Origin: an uncultured Desulfarculus sp.
GTDB taxonomy: Bacteria > Desulfobacterota > Desulfarculia > Desulfarculales > Desulfarculaceae
Reading direction: 5' to 3'
Assembly (NCBI GenBank): GCA_963665125.2
Contig: CAXXUK010000002.1
Location: 1,240,131 to 1,304,130 of the forward strand
DNA length: 64,000 nt
A model generated the notes under the pieces. The model was not told where the DNA came from. It was given only the letters and a program-made list of their open reading frames with translations, and did no database searches. The position numbers and the translations under genes were made by a program. Shown here piece by piece: positions 47,611 through 57,112 of this stretch. Within the stretch, counting starts at the first letter, position 1, and each line of letters begins with the position of its first letter.

Positions 47611-50600
47611 ATGCATCTTAGATCGAATAGGCATCCGTGTGTTTTGCTTGGTTTTTTCAACCACCATCGCGATGCCCTCGAGTCGTGCAAGCGATTGCGC
47701 CAACTGCATATAGGGCGCTCAGCCGCTATCCACAAATCGCGAGACGGCCACGTCGAAGTCGAAAATGCCACAACATGGCACGGCATGTTGTGGGGGGCAG
47801 TACTCGGGCTTTTGGGGGGAATACTGGTTGGGCTGGCTGCTCTTGGGTATGAAGGACTTTCCGCCGGAGTGTTCGGGCCCGTCATCTTCGTCTTGGGTGC
47901 CTTTATTGGCTCAATTTTCGGAGTGATCGTGTTTCATATATTGGGCCTGGGTATTGGCAAACAGCTTGTAAAAAAATATTCATCAAGGGTTGTGGCCGGC
48001 GAAACTGTTGTTCTTGTACAAGTATCACCCTTATCAGTGGGGCGGGCTATCAATACGCTGAGGCAAGAAGTAGACACAGACCCGGCAATATTCCCCTTTC
48101 ACACAAGGCATGTTCGATCTGTTCCGACAAGTGGGAGAAACAGTGAACCAGCATCCTCGGTTACGTCCAATCGGCGCGCGCGACATTTTCGAGGGCCAGA
48201 TGTTTCCGTGGCGACGGGCTTGGGCGGCGGGGAGCCCCTTTTGCGACTATTAGGCCGGGCGGAACTGGTCATTGACGAGACCCGACGTGAATTGGCGGAG
48301 GCCTCCCGCCTGGAGCAGCGCATCTCCCAATCGGCGGAGTGGATTCTGGATAATGCCCACATTGTGCAGGCCCAAATTGATGATGTCAGGCTGAACTTGT
48401 CGAAGAAATTCTACCGTTCGCTCCCTATACTAGCTGCCAATCCCCAAATGGCCCGAATCTACCGCTTGGCCTTGGAACTGGTGGAGCGCAGGGACGGATA
48501 TCTGGACCCCCATTCGGTGGGGGATTTCCTGGAATCCTGCCAGGAATCCACTTCGCTTACAATCGGCGAACTATGGGCCTTCCCTCTTATGCTGAAAATT
48601 GCCCTGATTGACCGTATGAGCAGGCTGGCTGAAGATCTTCGCCATGACCTCCGAGACCAGCAGAATGCAGACTTTTGGGCGAATCGCCTTTTGGTGGCGG
48701 CCCGCTTGGAGTCGACCCTGGTTTTCACTTTTTTGGCCGATCTGGCTCAGATGGAGCCTGAACCCACTCCGCATTTTGCGGCTCGATTCATCGGACACCT
48801 CCATGACGAGGAGGCGGCCTTGGTTCCCGTAGTCAGCTGGCTTGAACAGAAGTTGGCCGACAAGGTGGAGGAAATTGTCCTCGCGGACAAGGCGGCCCAA
48901 TCGGCGGCGACTGTATCAATCGGCAACTGTGTAACCAGCCTTAGGATGCTGATCCTGCTTGATTGGCGCGAGGCCTTCGACGAACATTCCCGGGTGGAAC
49001 GCAAACTGGCCCAAGACCCCGCCACGGTGTACTCCGGCATGGATTTTGAGACGCGCGACAGATATCGCGGCGCCGTGGAAGAAATATCGCGCGCTGGACG
49101 CAGGGACGAAACCGATGTCGCTAACGCGGCGGTGGAGTTGGCCCGCAAGGCCGCCGAAGATGGCGCCGCCCTGCCGTTTAGCCATGTAGGGTACTACCTC
49201 ACAGGCCGTGGCCGTCCCTTGTTGGTCAAGTCTTTGGAAGTGTCTGAACCGCCGGGGCGCCGCGTGCTCGAATGGGTCTATCAACACCACACGCCCTTGT
49301 ACCTGGGGGGCGTCGGCGGCCTGACGATGTCGCTGCTGGGTCTAATTTTTGTTTTGGGCGCGGGCTTCGGGACAGGCCCGCCGATGCTATTATTGGTAGC
49401 GATCTTGTCGCTGCCTGTCACCAGTCAACTCGCCGTGCAAATGGTCAACTACCTTTGCACCCGCCTGCTGCCGCCACGTCTGCTTCCCAAGATGTCCTTT
49501 GCCAAAGAGGGCATCCCAGACCAATTCCGAACGTTGGTCGTGGTCCCCATGCTCTTGGCGAATGAACTCGGTCTGCGGCGGGAGCTCGAAAAACTCGAAA
49601 TTCGCTATCTGGCCAACCAGGACCCCAATCTCATTTTTGCCCTCTTCAGCGATTATGTGGATGCAGACACGGCCCAAACAGAAGGCGATGAACTTTTACA
49701 GGTCGCCATCAATGGAATAGAAGCTCTCAACCAGCGTCACGGGGAGCACCGCTTCTATCTGTTCCATCGTGAGCGCGTGTGGACAGAGTGCGAACAGTCT
49801 TACATCGGTTGGGAGCGGAAACGCGGCAAACTGGAAGAACTCAACCGACTCATCAGCGGTGAGACGCAACCCGGCGAACAATCCATCGTTCACGTCGGTG
49901 AAGCCCAGCGGCTGACGGATATAAGGTTCGTCATTACCCTGGACAGCGACACTCAGCTTTTGCGCGATACGGCGCGTCGCCTGGTCGAAACGCTAGCGCA
50001 TCCGCTGAACTGCCCTTACTTGGGTCAAGAAGAAAACCCCGACTCCTACGCCATAATACAGCCTCGGGTGACCACTACACCGCTTTTCGGGATGGACACG
50101 CCCTTCCGAAGGCTGTTTACCGATCCGGTCGGCATCGACCCCTACACCAGGGCCGTTTCGGACGTGTATCAAGATCTTACCGGCGAGGGCTCCTATTTGG
50201 GCAAGGGTATCTACGATCCAAGGGTTTTTCATCGGGCATTGAACGGCCAGCTGCCGGAACAGTTGATTCTGAGCCACGATTTGATCGAGGGTGCCCATGT
50301 TCGGGTAGGCCTGGCCAGCGATATAGAACTTTTGGACGACTTCCCTGCCGACTACATCGCCTATTCCGGACGACAACACAGGTGGATACGCGGTGATTGG
50401 CAGATCGCGCGTTGGTGCCTGCCCAAGATTCCCGGACCGGACGGAAAGCTAATCGGCAACCCGCTGAGCGTTTTCAATCGCTGGAAGATATTCGACAACC
50501 TGCGTCGCAGCCTGGTTCCCGGGGGGGTGATTGCCTTCCTCGTGTCTTCCTGGTTCAGTTCTCCGACTATGGGGCTTGTGGCCGGTGCGACCGTGGGGGC

Positions 50601-53600
50601 GCAATTCGTCTTTCCCTTGTTCGGCGGGTTGCTCACCTGGTTGACGACCAGGCCCTGGCCGGGGCCTATGTCCTGGCGCGAGTTGGGTCACGACGCCGCG
50701 CGCATGGTGTTTGAGATTGCGCTGACACCCTATCAGGCCGTCAGATCGCTGGACGCGATTTTTAAAGTATGGCATCGGCGGATGGTAAGTGGCCGCCATC
50801 TTCTCCAATGGGCCTCCGCCATCGTTCCCTCTGTGAAAGCGGCGGAGAGGCGCCGGGCGTTTCTAGCCCTATTGTCGCTATTAGCCCTCGCGGGGGGGGG
50901 CCTGGCTGCGACGGTGGTTTTATTCATCCCCGGGAGCCTTATGGCGGCTGCGCCATTCCTCGTGCTCTGGATGCTGTGCCCCTTGCCTGGGTGGTGGTTG
51001 AATCAGACCCCCAGACCTCTAACTGCCGGCAAGGAGATGCTGGTCGAGGACGCGGCCATGCTCAGGGAGGTGGCCAGGCAAACCTGGCGATACTTCGCGG
51101 AATTCATGGGGCCCGAGACCTCTTGGCTGCCGCCCGACAACTTCCAGGTTTCGCCCAAAGCCGCCTTGGCCTTGCGCACCAGCCCCACCAACATCGGGTT
51201 GGGATTGCTCGGCATCGAAGCGGCCTATGATTTTGGTTTTCTGACCATAGACCTCGTGGTCGAGCGGACCCGCAACACCCTGGCCACGGTCACGGCACTG
51301 GAACGCTACAATGGCCACCTTTTGAACTGGTACGACATATCAACCTTGGAACCCCTGGAACCGCGCTACGTCTCCACGGTGGACAGCGGCAATCTTCTGG
51401 CCAGCCTCTGGGCGCTGGAGACGGGCCTGGCGGAAATCCTGGGGGCGCCGATCATTGGGCCGCGATGCCTGTCGGGGCTCGATGACGCTTTACGTCTACT
51501 GCGCAAGGCGCTTGCCTCGGCAGATGACAACCAACAACGTACCGACCTTACTGAAACACTTGCCAGTGCATTCTCCGACCCGCCCAAGCGCATGGACGAG
51601 ATCATTCGGCGCCTGCGCTCCGCGATGGCGCCGGCCCAACAACTGGCCGCGCGAGTCCGGCAGGATGAAAGCACACCGGAGGAAGCGACTTATTGGGCAG
51701 GCCAGATCGAGGCGCAGGTGGCTTCCTGGATCGCACTCGTGGAACGCTATCTGTCATGGGTCGAATTGTTGGACCATGAGTTCGCCGGGATTGCCGGCCT
51801 TGAAGGCCCGGACACTCATGCCGCGCTCCTGCTTGCCTTGGCCCAGACGCCATCTTTACGGGAGCTGGCCACCGGGGAGTGCGTCTCGCTGAACGCATTT
51901 TGGGAACACCAATCCACTGCCAACGACCAAGCTCAAGGTCATCGGATCAAAGCTCTCAAGGACGAGATGGCCAAGGCCCAGTGGCTGGCGGGGGAAACGC
52001 TCGCTCAAGCAAAAGAGGCCATCCATGGAATGCGGGCGCTGGGTGAAGGCATGGGGATGGGCTTTTTGTATGATGCCCAAAGGCGCCTATTCAGCATCGG
52101 GTACAACGTGAGGGAACAACGGCTGGATTCCTCTTACTACGACCTTTTGGCCAGCGAGGCGCGTTTGGCCAGCTTCGTGGCCATCGCACGCGGCGAAGTT
52201 CCCAATAATCATTGGCTGGCCATGTCGCGGCCCTTCGGCTCGGTGCGCGGGCACCGCGTGCTGCTCAGTTGGAGCGGCACTATGTTCGAATACCTGCTGC
52301 CGCTCTTGCTGCAACGGAGTTTCCCTTATTCGCTCCTCGATAATGCCTGCCGCCAAGCGCTCTCAGTGCAAAAAGAGTATGCCGAGCGCCTCGGTGTCCC
52401 CTGGGGTGTCTCCGAAGCTGCGTTCAGTGAGCTTGATGCGGAAGGGACCTATCAGTACCAGGCCTTCGGGGTCTCCGATCTGGGGCTCAAACGCGGCTTG
52501 GCTGATTCACTGGTCGTGTCGCCCTATTCGACGCTTTTGGCGCTAGCTCTCGATCCGAGGGCGGCGCTATCAAACCTCCGGGCTCTGGAACGGGTCGGAT
52601 TGCATGGGGCCTACGGCTTTATGGAGGCGATTGATTACAGCCGGTCGGAACGTCGGTCCGGGGAACCGGGCGTGATTGTGCAAGCCTACATGGCACACCA
52701 CCAGGCCATGGGGCTGTTGGCATTGGACAACCGGCTCAATGGCCAGCCCATGCAGAGGCGATTCCATGCCGATCCCCGGGTCAAGGCCACTCAGCCTCTC
52801 CTGTACGAGCGAATTCCGCTGGCGCCGCCGGTATACAAGTCAACTCATCGGGAAGGGGCATCTGCGCGCGCCGTCGTCGGCGAGTCCGCACCCCCGACCT
52901 CAACTTTCGTAACGCCCCACACGCCCACGCCCAAAGTGCAACTCCTATCCAACGGAAGTTACTCCCTGATGGTTACCAATGCTGGTGGCGGGTACAGCCG
53001 GTGGAATGATTTCGATCTGACTCGTTGGCGCGCAGACGGAACTAGCGACGGCTGGGGAGTTTATTGCTATTTGAGGGATTTGAAGACCAATCAGGTCTGG
53101 AGCAACACCTATCATCCCCTGGGGGGGCCTTTAGACAAGTACTTCGTCGGCTTTGCCAACGACCGGGCGGAAATGCGGCGGCTGGATGCCGGCATAGAGA
53201 CCGAGACCGAGATCATTGTCGCCTCGGAAGACGACATGGAGATTCGCCGAATTACTCTCATCAACCGCACGGACCGCCCGTGTGTCTTGGAGGTCACCAG
53301 CTACGCTGAATTGGCCCTGGCTCAGCACGCCGCCGATCGCCAACATCCCGCGTTCAACAAGCTATTCATAGAGACCGAGGCCCTCGGCCAGGAAGGCGCG
53401 TTGCTGGCCACCCGGCGGCGGCGGGATGTCGACGAACCAACGATCTGGGCGATGCATATGCTTGTCGCCAAAGACACCGAGGAACAAGGCCTTCAGTTCG
53501 AAACGGACCGTGGGCGCTTCATCGGCCGGGGCCGAACCCCAGGCAGCCCCGTCGCGCTTTATCAAAATCTTTCCAACACCTCCGGCCAGGTGTTGGACCC

Positions 53601-56600
53601 CGTCTTCAGTCTCCGCCGGACCCTGCATCTGGAGCCCGGCGGGCGCGGGGAGTTTTATTTGCTGTTGGGCGCGGCCGGAACCAGAGATGGCGCGCGCGCC
53701 TTGGTCGAGAAATACGGCGACGCGCACGCCATCCAGCGCCAACTAGATTTGGCCTGGGATACGGCCCAATTGGGAATACGCCGGCTACGAATCCAGCCGG
53801 ACGAGGCCCGGAGGTTTCAGCAGCTGGCAGGATCGATGCTCTATCCCGGTTGGCAGCTCAGAGCGACGGGGGAGCGAATCAAAATAAACCGGCTGGGCCA
53901 ATCCCGGTTGTGGACCTACGGGATTTCCGGCGACCTGCCCATCGCCCTGATTACCATAGGTGAATCGCGGGACCTGAGCGTGGTCCGACAAATGCTGCAA
54001 GCACATGCCTACTGGCGGCTCCAAGGGCTTAAAGTCGACCTTGTGATCCTCAATCAAGAGGCCGTTAGTTACGAGCAGACCTTGACCGAAGAACTTAAAC
54101 GCCTTGTCCAGGGCTATGCCGTTCATACGGGCATCGACGCGCCAGGCGGCATTTTCCTGCGCAATGCGGACCAGATGCCGGAAGAAGACTTTACGCTGTT
54201 CTTGGCGGCGGCGAGGGTGGTCCTGGTGGGCGCGCGTGGACAACTCGCCGCGCAACTCGCCGCCATGCCGCATCCGGTGTGGGAGTTCCCGCCACTTTTG
54301 AAGACACGAGCGGTGGAGGAAGAGCCCTCGGCGCCACTGCCCTTCATGGATCTGGACTACTTCAACGGCCTGGGGGGATTCTCCGGCGATGGCAAGGAGT
54401 ACGTGATTTATCTTGGGCCAAACGCCTGCACGCCGGCGCCCTGGGTTAACGTCATAGCCAATTCCACCTTCGGCACCCTGATAAGCGAGTCGGGTTCGGG
54501 CTTCACCTGGGCGGGCAACAGTCAGCAAAACCGTTTGACCGCCTGGCGCAATGACCCCTTGTGCGACGCCCCTTCAGAAGCGGTCTATATTCGCGATGAG
54601 GAGAGCGGCGCCTTCTGGTCGCCGACTCCGCTGCCAATCCGCGAGCTGGACGCCTACCGCGCGCGCCACGGGGCGGGATACACGGTCTTCGAGCACAACA
54701 GCCACGCCATCGAACAGGAGATGGTCGTCTTCGTGCCCCAGGACGACGCGGGCGGCGATCCCCTCTGTTTGAAGCGCCTGCGTTTGCGCAACGATGGTTC
54801 GCGACATCGGCACCTGGCCGTGACCTTCTACGTCGAGTGGACCCTGGGGGAGCACCGCGAGGACACCCATATGCATGTGTTCACCGAACGGGACAATCGC
54901 TCGCAGGCGATCTTCGCCCACAACCGCTACCACCCCGTGGCCGGCGATGCCGTGTCCTTCGCCGCCACCTCTCCCCCCGCGCATTCGATCTCGGCCGACC
55001 GCCAGGAATTTTTGGGGCGCAACGGGAGCCTGGCCGATCCCGCCGCGCTGCACAGAGTTTGTCTTGCCAGCCGCACCGGCGCCAAGCTGGACCCTTGCGC
55101 GGCCCTCCAGGTAAAGCTTGAGCTGGAGCCTGGCGAAACCAGGGAAATGACCTTCATGCTGGGCCAGGCCGCGTCGACCGAGCAGGCGCGGGGATTGATC
55201 GCGAGGTATAGGGAAGAAGCCGTGGTGGATGGGGCCCTGGAGCGCACTCGGACATGGTGGGATCATGCCTTGGAGACGGTGCAGGTCACCACTCCAGAAC
55301 TGGCCACGAACCTGCTGGCCAATCGCTGGCTGCTCTACCAGAACTTGAGCTGTCGGATATGGGGCCGCTCCGGTTTCTACCAATCTGGCGGCGCATTCGG
55401 ATTCCGCGACCAGCTCCAGGATGTCCTGGCGTTGCTGTACAGCATGCCGCATTTGGCCAGAGAGCATATCCTGCTGGCCTGCGGGCGGCAGTTCCCGGAG
55501 GGTGATGTCCAGCACTGGTGGCACCCGGACACAGGCGTCGGTGTGCGGACGCGTTGTTCCGACGATCTTCTTTGGCTCCCATATGCCGTGGCTCGCTACG
55601 TTAAGGTCACGGGCGACACGGAATTGCTCAACGAGCAGGTGAATTTCATCGATGCCGGCCTCCTGAAGGACAGCGAGCATGAAATTTTCGTTTCGCCCAA
55701 CCAGAGCAGCCAGAGCACCTCGATTTATGAACACTGCCGGCTTGCCATTAAAAAGGGGATGACCCAGGGTCCTCATGGGCTGCCTCTCATGGGCTCCGGC
55801 GACTGGAACGACGGCATGAACCGCATCGGTCAAGACGGCCGTGGAGAAAGCGTCTGGCTGGCGTGGTTTATCGTGGAGGTCTTGAATTCCTTCAGCGAAT
55901 GCTCGGAGCTGTTTGGGCAGGCTGATGACGCCGCGCGTTTTCGCGCCGACGCGGCCGCGCTCGCCGGGACAGTGGAAGCCCAGGCCTGGGACGGGGCCTG
56001 GTATCTGCGCGCCTATTGCGATGACGGCACCCCGGTGGGTTCGGCGGCAAGCGAGGAAGCGAGGATTGATTCCATTCCCCAATCCTGGGCCGCGATTTGT
56101 GGGAGAGCCGACCCAGAACGTGCGGGCCAAGCCCTGCAATCCGCGCGGGACCACTTGGTTCTTGTGGATGAAAAGCTGGTGCTGCTGTTCACACCTCCAT
56201 TCGATTCCTCGGCTGTGGACCCCGGCTACATCAAGGGTTACCCACCCGGAGTCCGGGAGAACGGTGGACAGTATACCCACGCGGCGTTGTGGCTGGCCCT
56301 GGGCCTGATACGGCGCGGGGACGGTGACGGGGCCGCCGCGCTCTTGCGGTTGATAAATCCCATTGAACACGCCCGAGAACCGGAGGATGCCGATCGCTAC
56401 AAGGTGGAGCCTTATGTAGTCGCTGCGGATGTATATAATCTGGCCGGACGGGTGGGGCGGGGCGGGTGGACCTGGTACACCGGCTCCGCCGGGTGGATGT
56501 ACCGCATTTTGATAGAGGAGATGCTCGGCTTGAAGATTCGCGGCGATAGTCTGCGTGTGGACCCGGTTCTGCCCTCTGACTGGGAGACGGTTTCACTTCG

Positions 56601-56814
56601 CTTGCGTCGCGGCGAGGCAGTCTATGAGATCACCTTGGACAATAGAGAGCGGGTGAATCGCGGGGTCGCTTGGCAGGAAATGGATGGCCGCAGGCTAAGC
56701 CTGGGTGAAGACATCCTGCTTGAAAACGGGCCGGTCAAACACAAGCTTCGTGTACGGATGGGAACAGAAATGGCGTGTTTGCGAACTGAGAAGAATGAAT
56801 CTCATGAGGCATGA
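47611..56814 (+). CDS. Cyclic beta-1,2-glucan synthase (Cgs/NdvB type; GT84 + GH94)
   Basis: 3067 aa; GWERKRGKL, SHDLIEG, RWIRGDWQ, RTSPTNIG, GDWNDGMN, ENGGQYTH. Confidence 0.93.
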   Translation: MHLRSNRHPCVLLGFFNHHRDALESCKRLRQLHIGRSAAIHKSRDGHVEVENATTWHGMLWGAVLGLLGGILVGLAALGYEGLSAGVFGPVIFVLGAFIGSIFGVIVFHILGLGIGKQLVKKYSSRVVAGETVVLVQVSPLSVGRAINTLRQEVDTDPAIFPFHTRHVRSVPTSGRNSEPASSVTSNRRARHFRGPDVSVATGLGGGEPLLRLLGRAELVIDETRRELAEASRLEQRISQSAEWILDNAHIVQAQIDDVRLNLSKKFYRSLPILAANPQMARIYRLALELVERRDGYLDPHSVGDFLESCQESTSLTIGELWAFPLMLKIALIDRMSRLAEDLRHDLRDQQNADFWANRLLVAARLESTLVFTFLADLAQMEPEPTPHFAARFIGHLHDEEAALVPVVSWLEQKLADKVEEIVLADKAAQSAATVSIGNCVTSLRMLILLDWREAFDEHSRVERKLAQDPATVYSGMDFETRDRYRGAVEEISRAGRRDETDVANAAVELARKAAEDGAALPFSHVGYYLTGRGRPLLVKSLEVSEPPGRRVLEWVYQHHTPLYLGGVGGLTMSLLGLIFVLGAGFGTGPPMLLLVAILSLPVTSQLAVQMVNYLCTRLLPPRLLPKMSFAKEGIPDQFRTLVVVPMLLANELGLRRELEKLEIRYLANQDPNLIFALFSDYVDADTAQTEGDELLQVAINGIEALNQRHGEHRFYLFHRERVWTECEQSYIGWERKRGKLEELNRLISGETQPGEQSIVHVGEAQRLTDIRFVITLDSDTQLLRDTARRLVETLAHPLNCPYLGQEENPDSYAIIQPRVTTTPLFGMDTPFRRLFTDPVGIDPYTRAVSDVYQDLTGEGSYLGKGIYDPRVFHRALNGQLPEQLILSHDLIEGAHVRVGLASDIELLDDFPADYIAYSGRQHRWIRGDWQIARWCLPKIPGPDGKLIGNPLSVFNRWKIFDNLRRSLVPGGVIAFLVSSWFSSPTMGLVAGATVGAQFVFPLFGGLLTWLTTRPWPGPMSWRELGHDAARMVFEIALTPYQAVRSLDAIFKVWHRRMVSGRHLLQWASAIVPSVKAAERRRAFLALLSLLALAGGGLAATVVLFIPGSLMAAAPFLVLWMLCPLPGWWLNQTPRPLTAGKEMLVEDAAMLREVARQTWRYFAEFMGPETSWLPPDNFQVSPKAALALRTSPTNIGLGLLGIEAAYDFGFLTIDLVVERTRNTLATVTALERYNGHLLNWYDISTLEPLEPRYVSTVDSGNLLASLWALETGLAEILGAPIIGPRCLSGLDDALRLLRKALASADDNQQRTDLTETLASAFSDPPKRMDEIIRRLRSAMAPAQQLAARVRQDESTPEEATYWAGQIEAQVASWIALVERYLSWVELLDHEFAGIAGLEGPDTHAALLLALAQTPSLRELATGECVSLNAFWEHQSTANDQAQGHRIKALKDEMAKAQWLAGETLAQAKEAIHGMRALGEGMGMGFLYDAQRRLFSIGYNVREQRLDSSYYDLLASEARLASFVAIARGEVPNNHWLAMSRPFGSVRGHRVLLSWSGTMFEYLLPLLLQRSFPYSLLDNACRQALSVQKEYAERLGVPWGVSEAAFSELDAEGTYQYQAFGVSDLGLKRGLADSLVVSPYSTLLALALDPRAALSNLRALERVGLHGAYGFMEAIDYSRSERRSGEPGVIVQAYMAHHQAMGLLALDNRLNGQPMQRRFHADPRVKATQPLLYERIPLAPPVYKSTHREGASARAVVGESAPPTSTFVTPHTPTPKVQLLSNGSYSLMVTNAGGGYSRWNDFDLTRWRADGTSDGWGVYCYLRDLKTNQVWSNTYHPLGGPLDKYFVGFANDRAEMRRLDAGIETETEIIVASEDDMEIRRITLINRTDRPCVLEVTSYAELALAQHAADRQHPAFNKLFIETEALGQEGALLATRRRRDVDEPTIWAMHMLVAKDTEEQGLQFETDRGRFIGRGRTPGSPVALYQNLSNTSGQVLDPVFSLRRTLHLEPGGRGEFYLLLGAAGTRDGARALVEKYGDAHAIQRQLDLAWDTAQLGIRRLRIQPDEARRFQQLAGSMLYPGWQLRATGERIKINRLGQSRLWTYGISGDLPIALITIGESRDLSVVRQMLQAHAYWRLQGLKVDLVILNQEAVSYEQTLTEELKRLVQGYAVHTGIDAPGGIFLRNADQMPEEDFTLFLAAARVVLVGARGQLAAQLAAMPHPVWEFPPLLKTRAVEEEPSAPLPFMDLDYFNGLGGFSGDGKEYVIYLGPNACTPAPWVNVIANSTFGTLISESGSGFTWAGNSQQNRLTAWRNDPLCDAPSEAVYIRDEESGAFWSPTPLPIRELDAYRARHGAGYTVFEHNSHAIEQEMVVFVPQDDAGGDPLCLKRLRLRNDGSRHRHLAVTFYVEWTLGEHREDTHMHVFTERDNRSQAIFAHNRYHPVAGDAVSFAATSPPAHSISADRQEFLGRNGSLADPAALHRVCLASRTGAKLDPCAALQVKLELEPGETREMTFMLGQAASTEQARGLIARYREEAVVDGALERTRTWWDHALETVQVTTPELATNLLANRWLLYQNLSCRIWGRSGFYQSGGAFGFRDQLQDVLALLYSMPHLAREHILLACGRQFPEGDVQHWWHPDTGVGVRTRCSDDLLWLPYAVARYVKVTGDTELLNEQVNFIDAGLLKDSEHEIFVSPNQSSQSTSIYEHCRLAIKKGMTQGPHGLPLMGSGDWNDGMNRIGQDGRGESVWLAWFIVEVLNSFSECSELFGQADDAARFRADAAALAGTVEAQAWDGAWYLRAYCDDGTPVGSAASEEARIDSIPQSWAAICGRADPERAGQALQSARDHLVLVDEKLVLLFTPPFDSSAVDPGYIKGYPPGVRENGGQYTHAALWLALGLIRRGDGDGAAALLRLINPIEHAREPEDADRYKVEPYVVAADVYNLAGRVGRGGWTWYTGSAGWMYRILIEEMLGLKIRGDSLRVDPVLPSDWETVSLRLRRGEAVYEITLDNRERVNRGVAWQEMDGRRLSLGEDILLENGPVKHKLRVRMGTEMACLRTEKNESHEA

Positions 56815-57112
56815 ACCAACCCGGGTAGATATCGACGGCCCAAGGTCAAATCCAGTCAAGGTGTGGTATCTTGTAAAGGATTTTTACACGGCGGCCCCGG
56901 ACCGAACAAATCCTTCCGCGGCTAACATCGGGGCAATGCTAAACTGGTAATGGCTATTGGCTAAACTCGAAATATACTGGTGGCTTTGCCACCATCAATC
57001 CTGGACCTGAGTAGCCTTTCCGTTGCCGGCCCATCGGCTTCTGGTTTATCGTCTACCGAGCAGTTGGCCAGTCCGGAATTGTTCCGCAGGGCTTAACGTT
57101 AAGGGAGATTTC

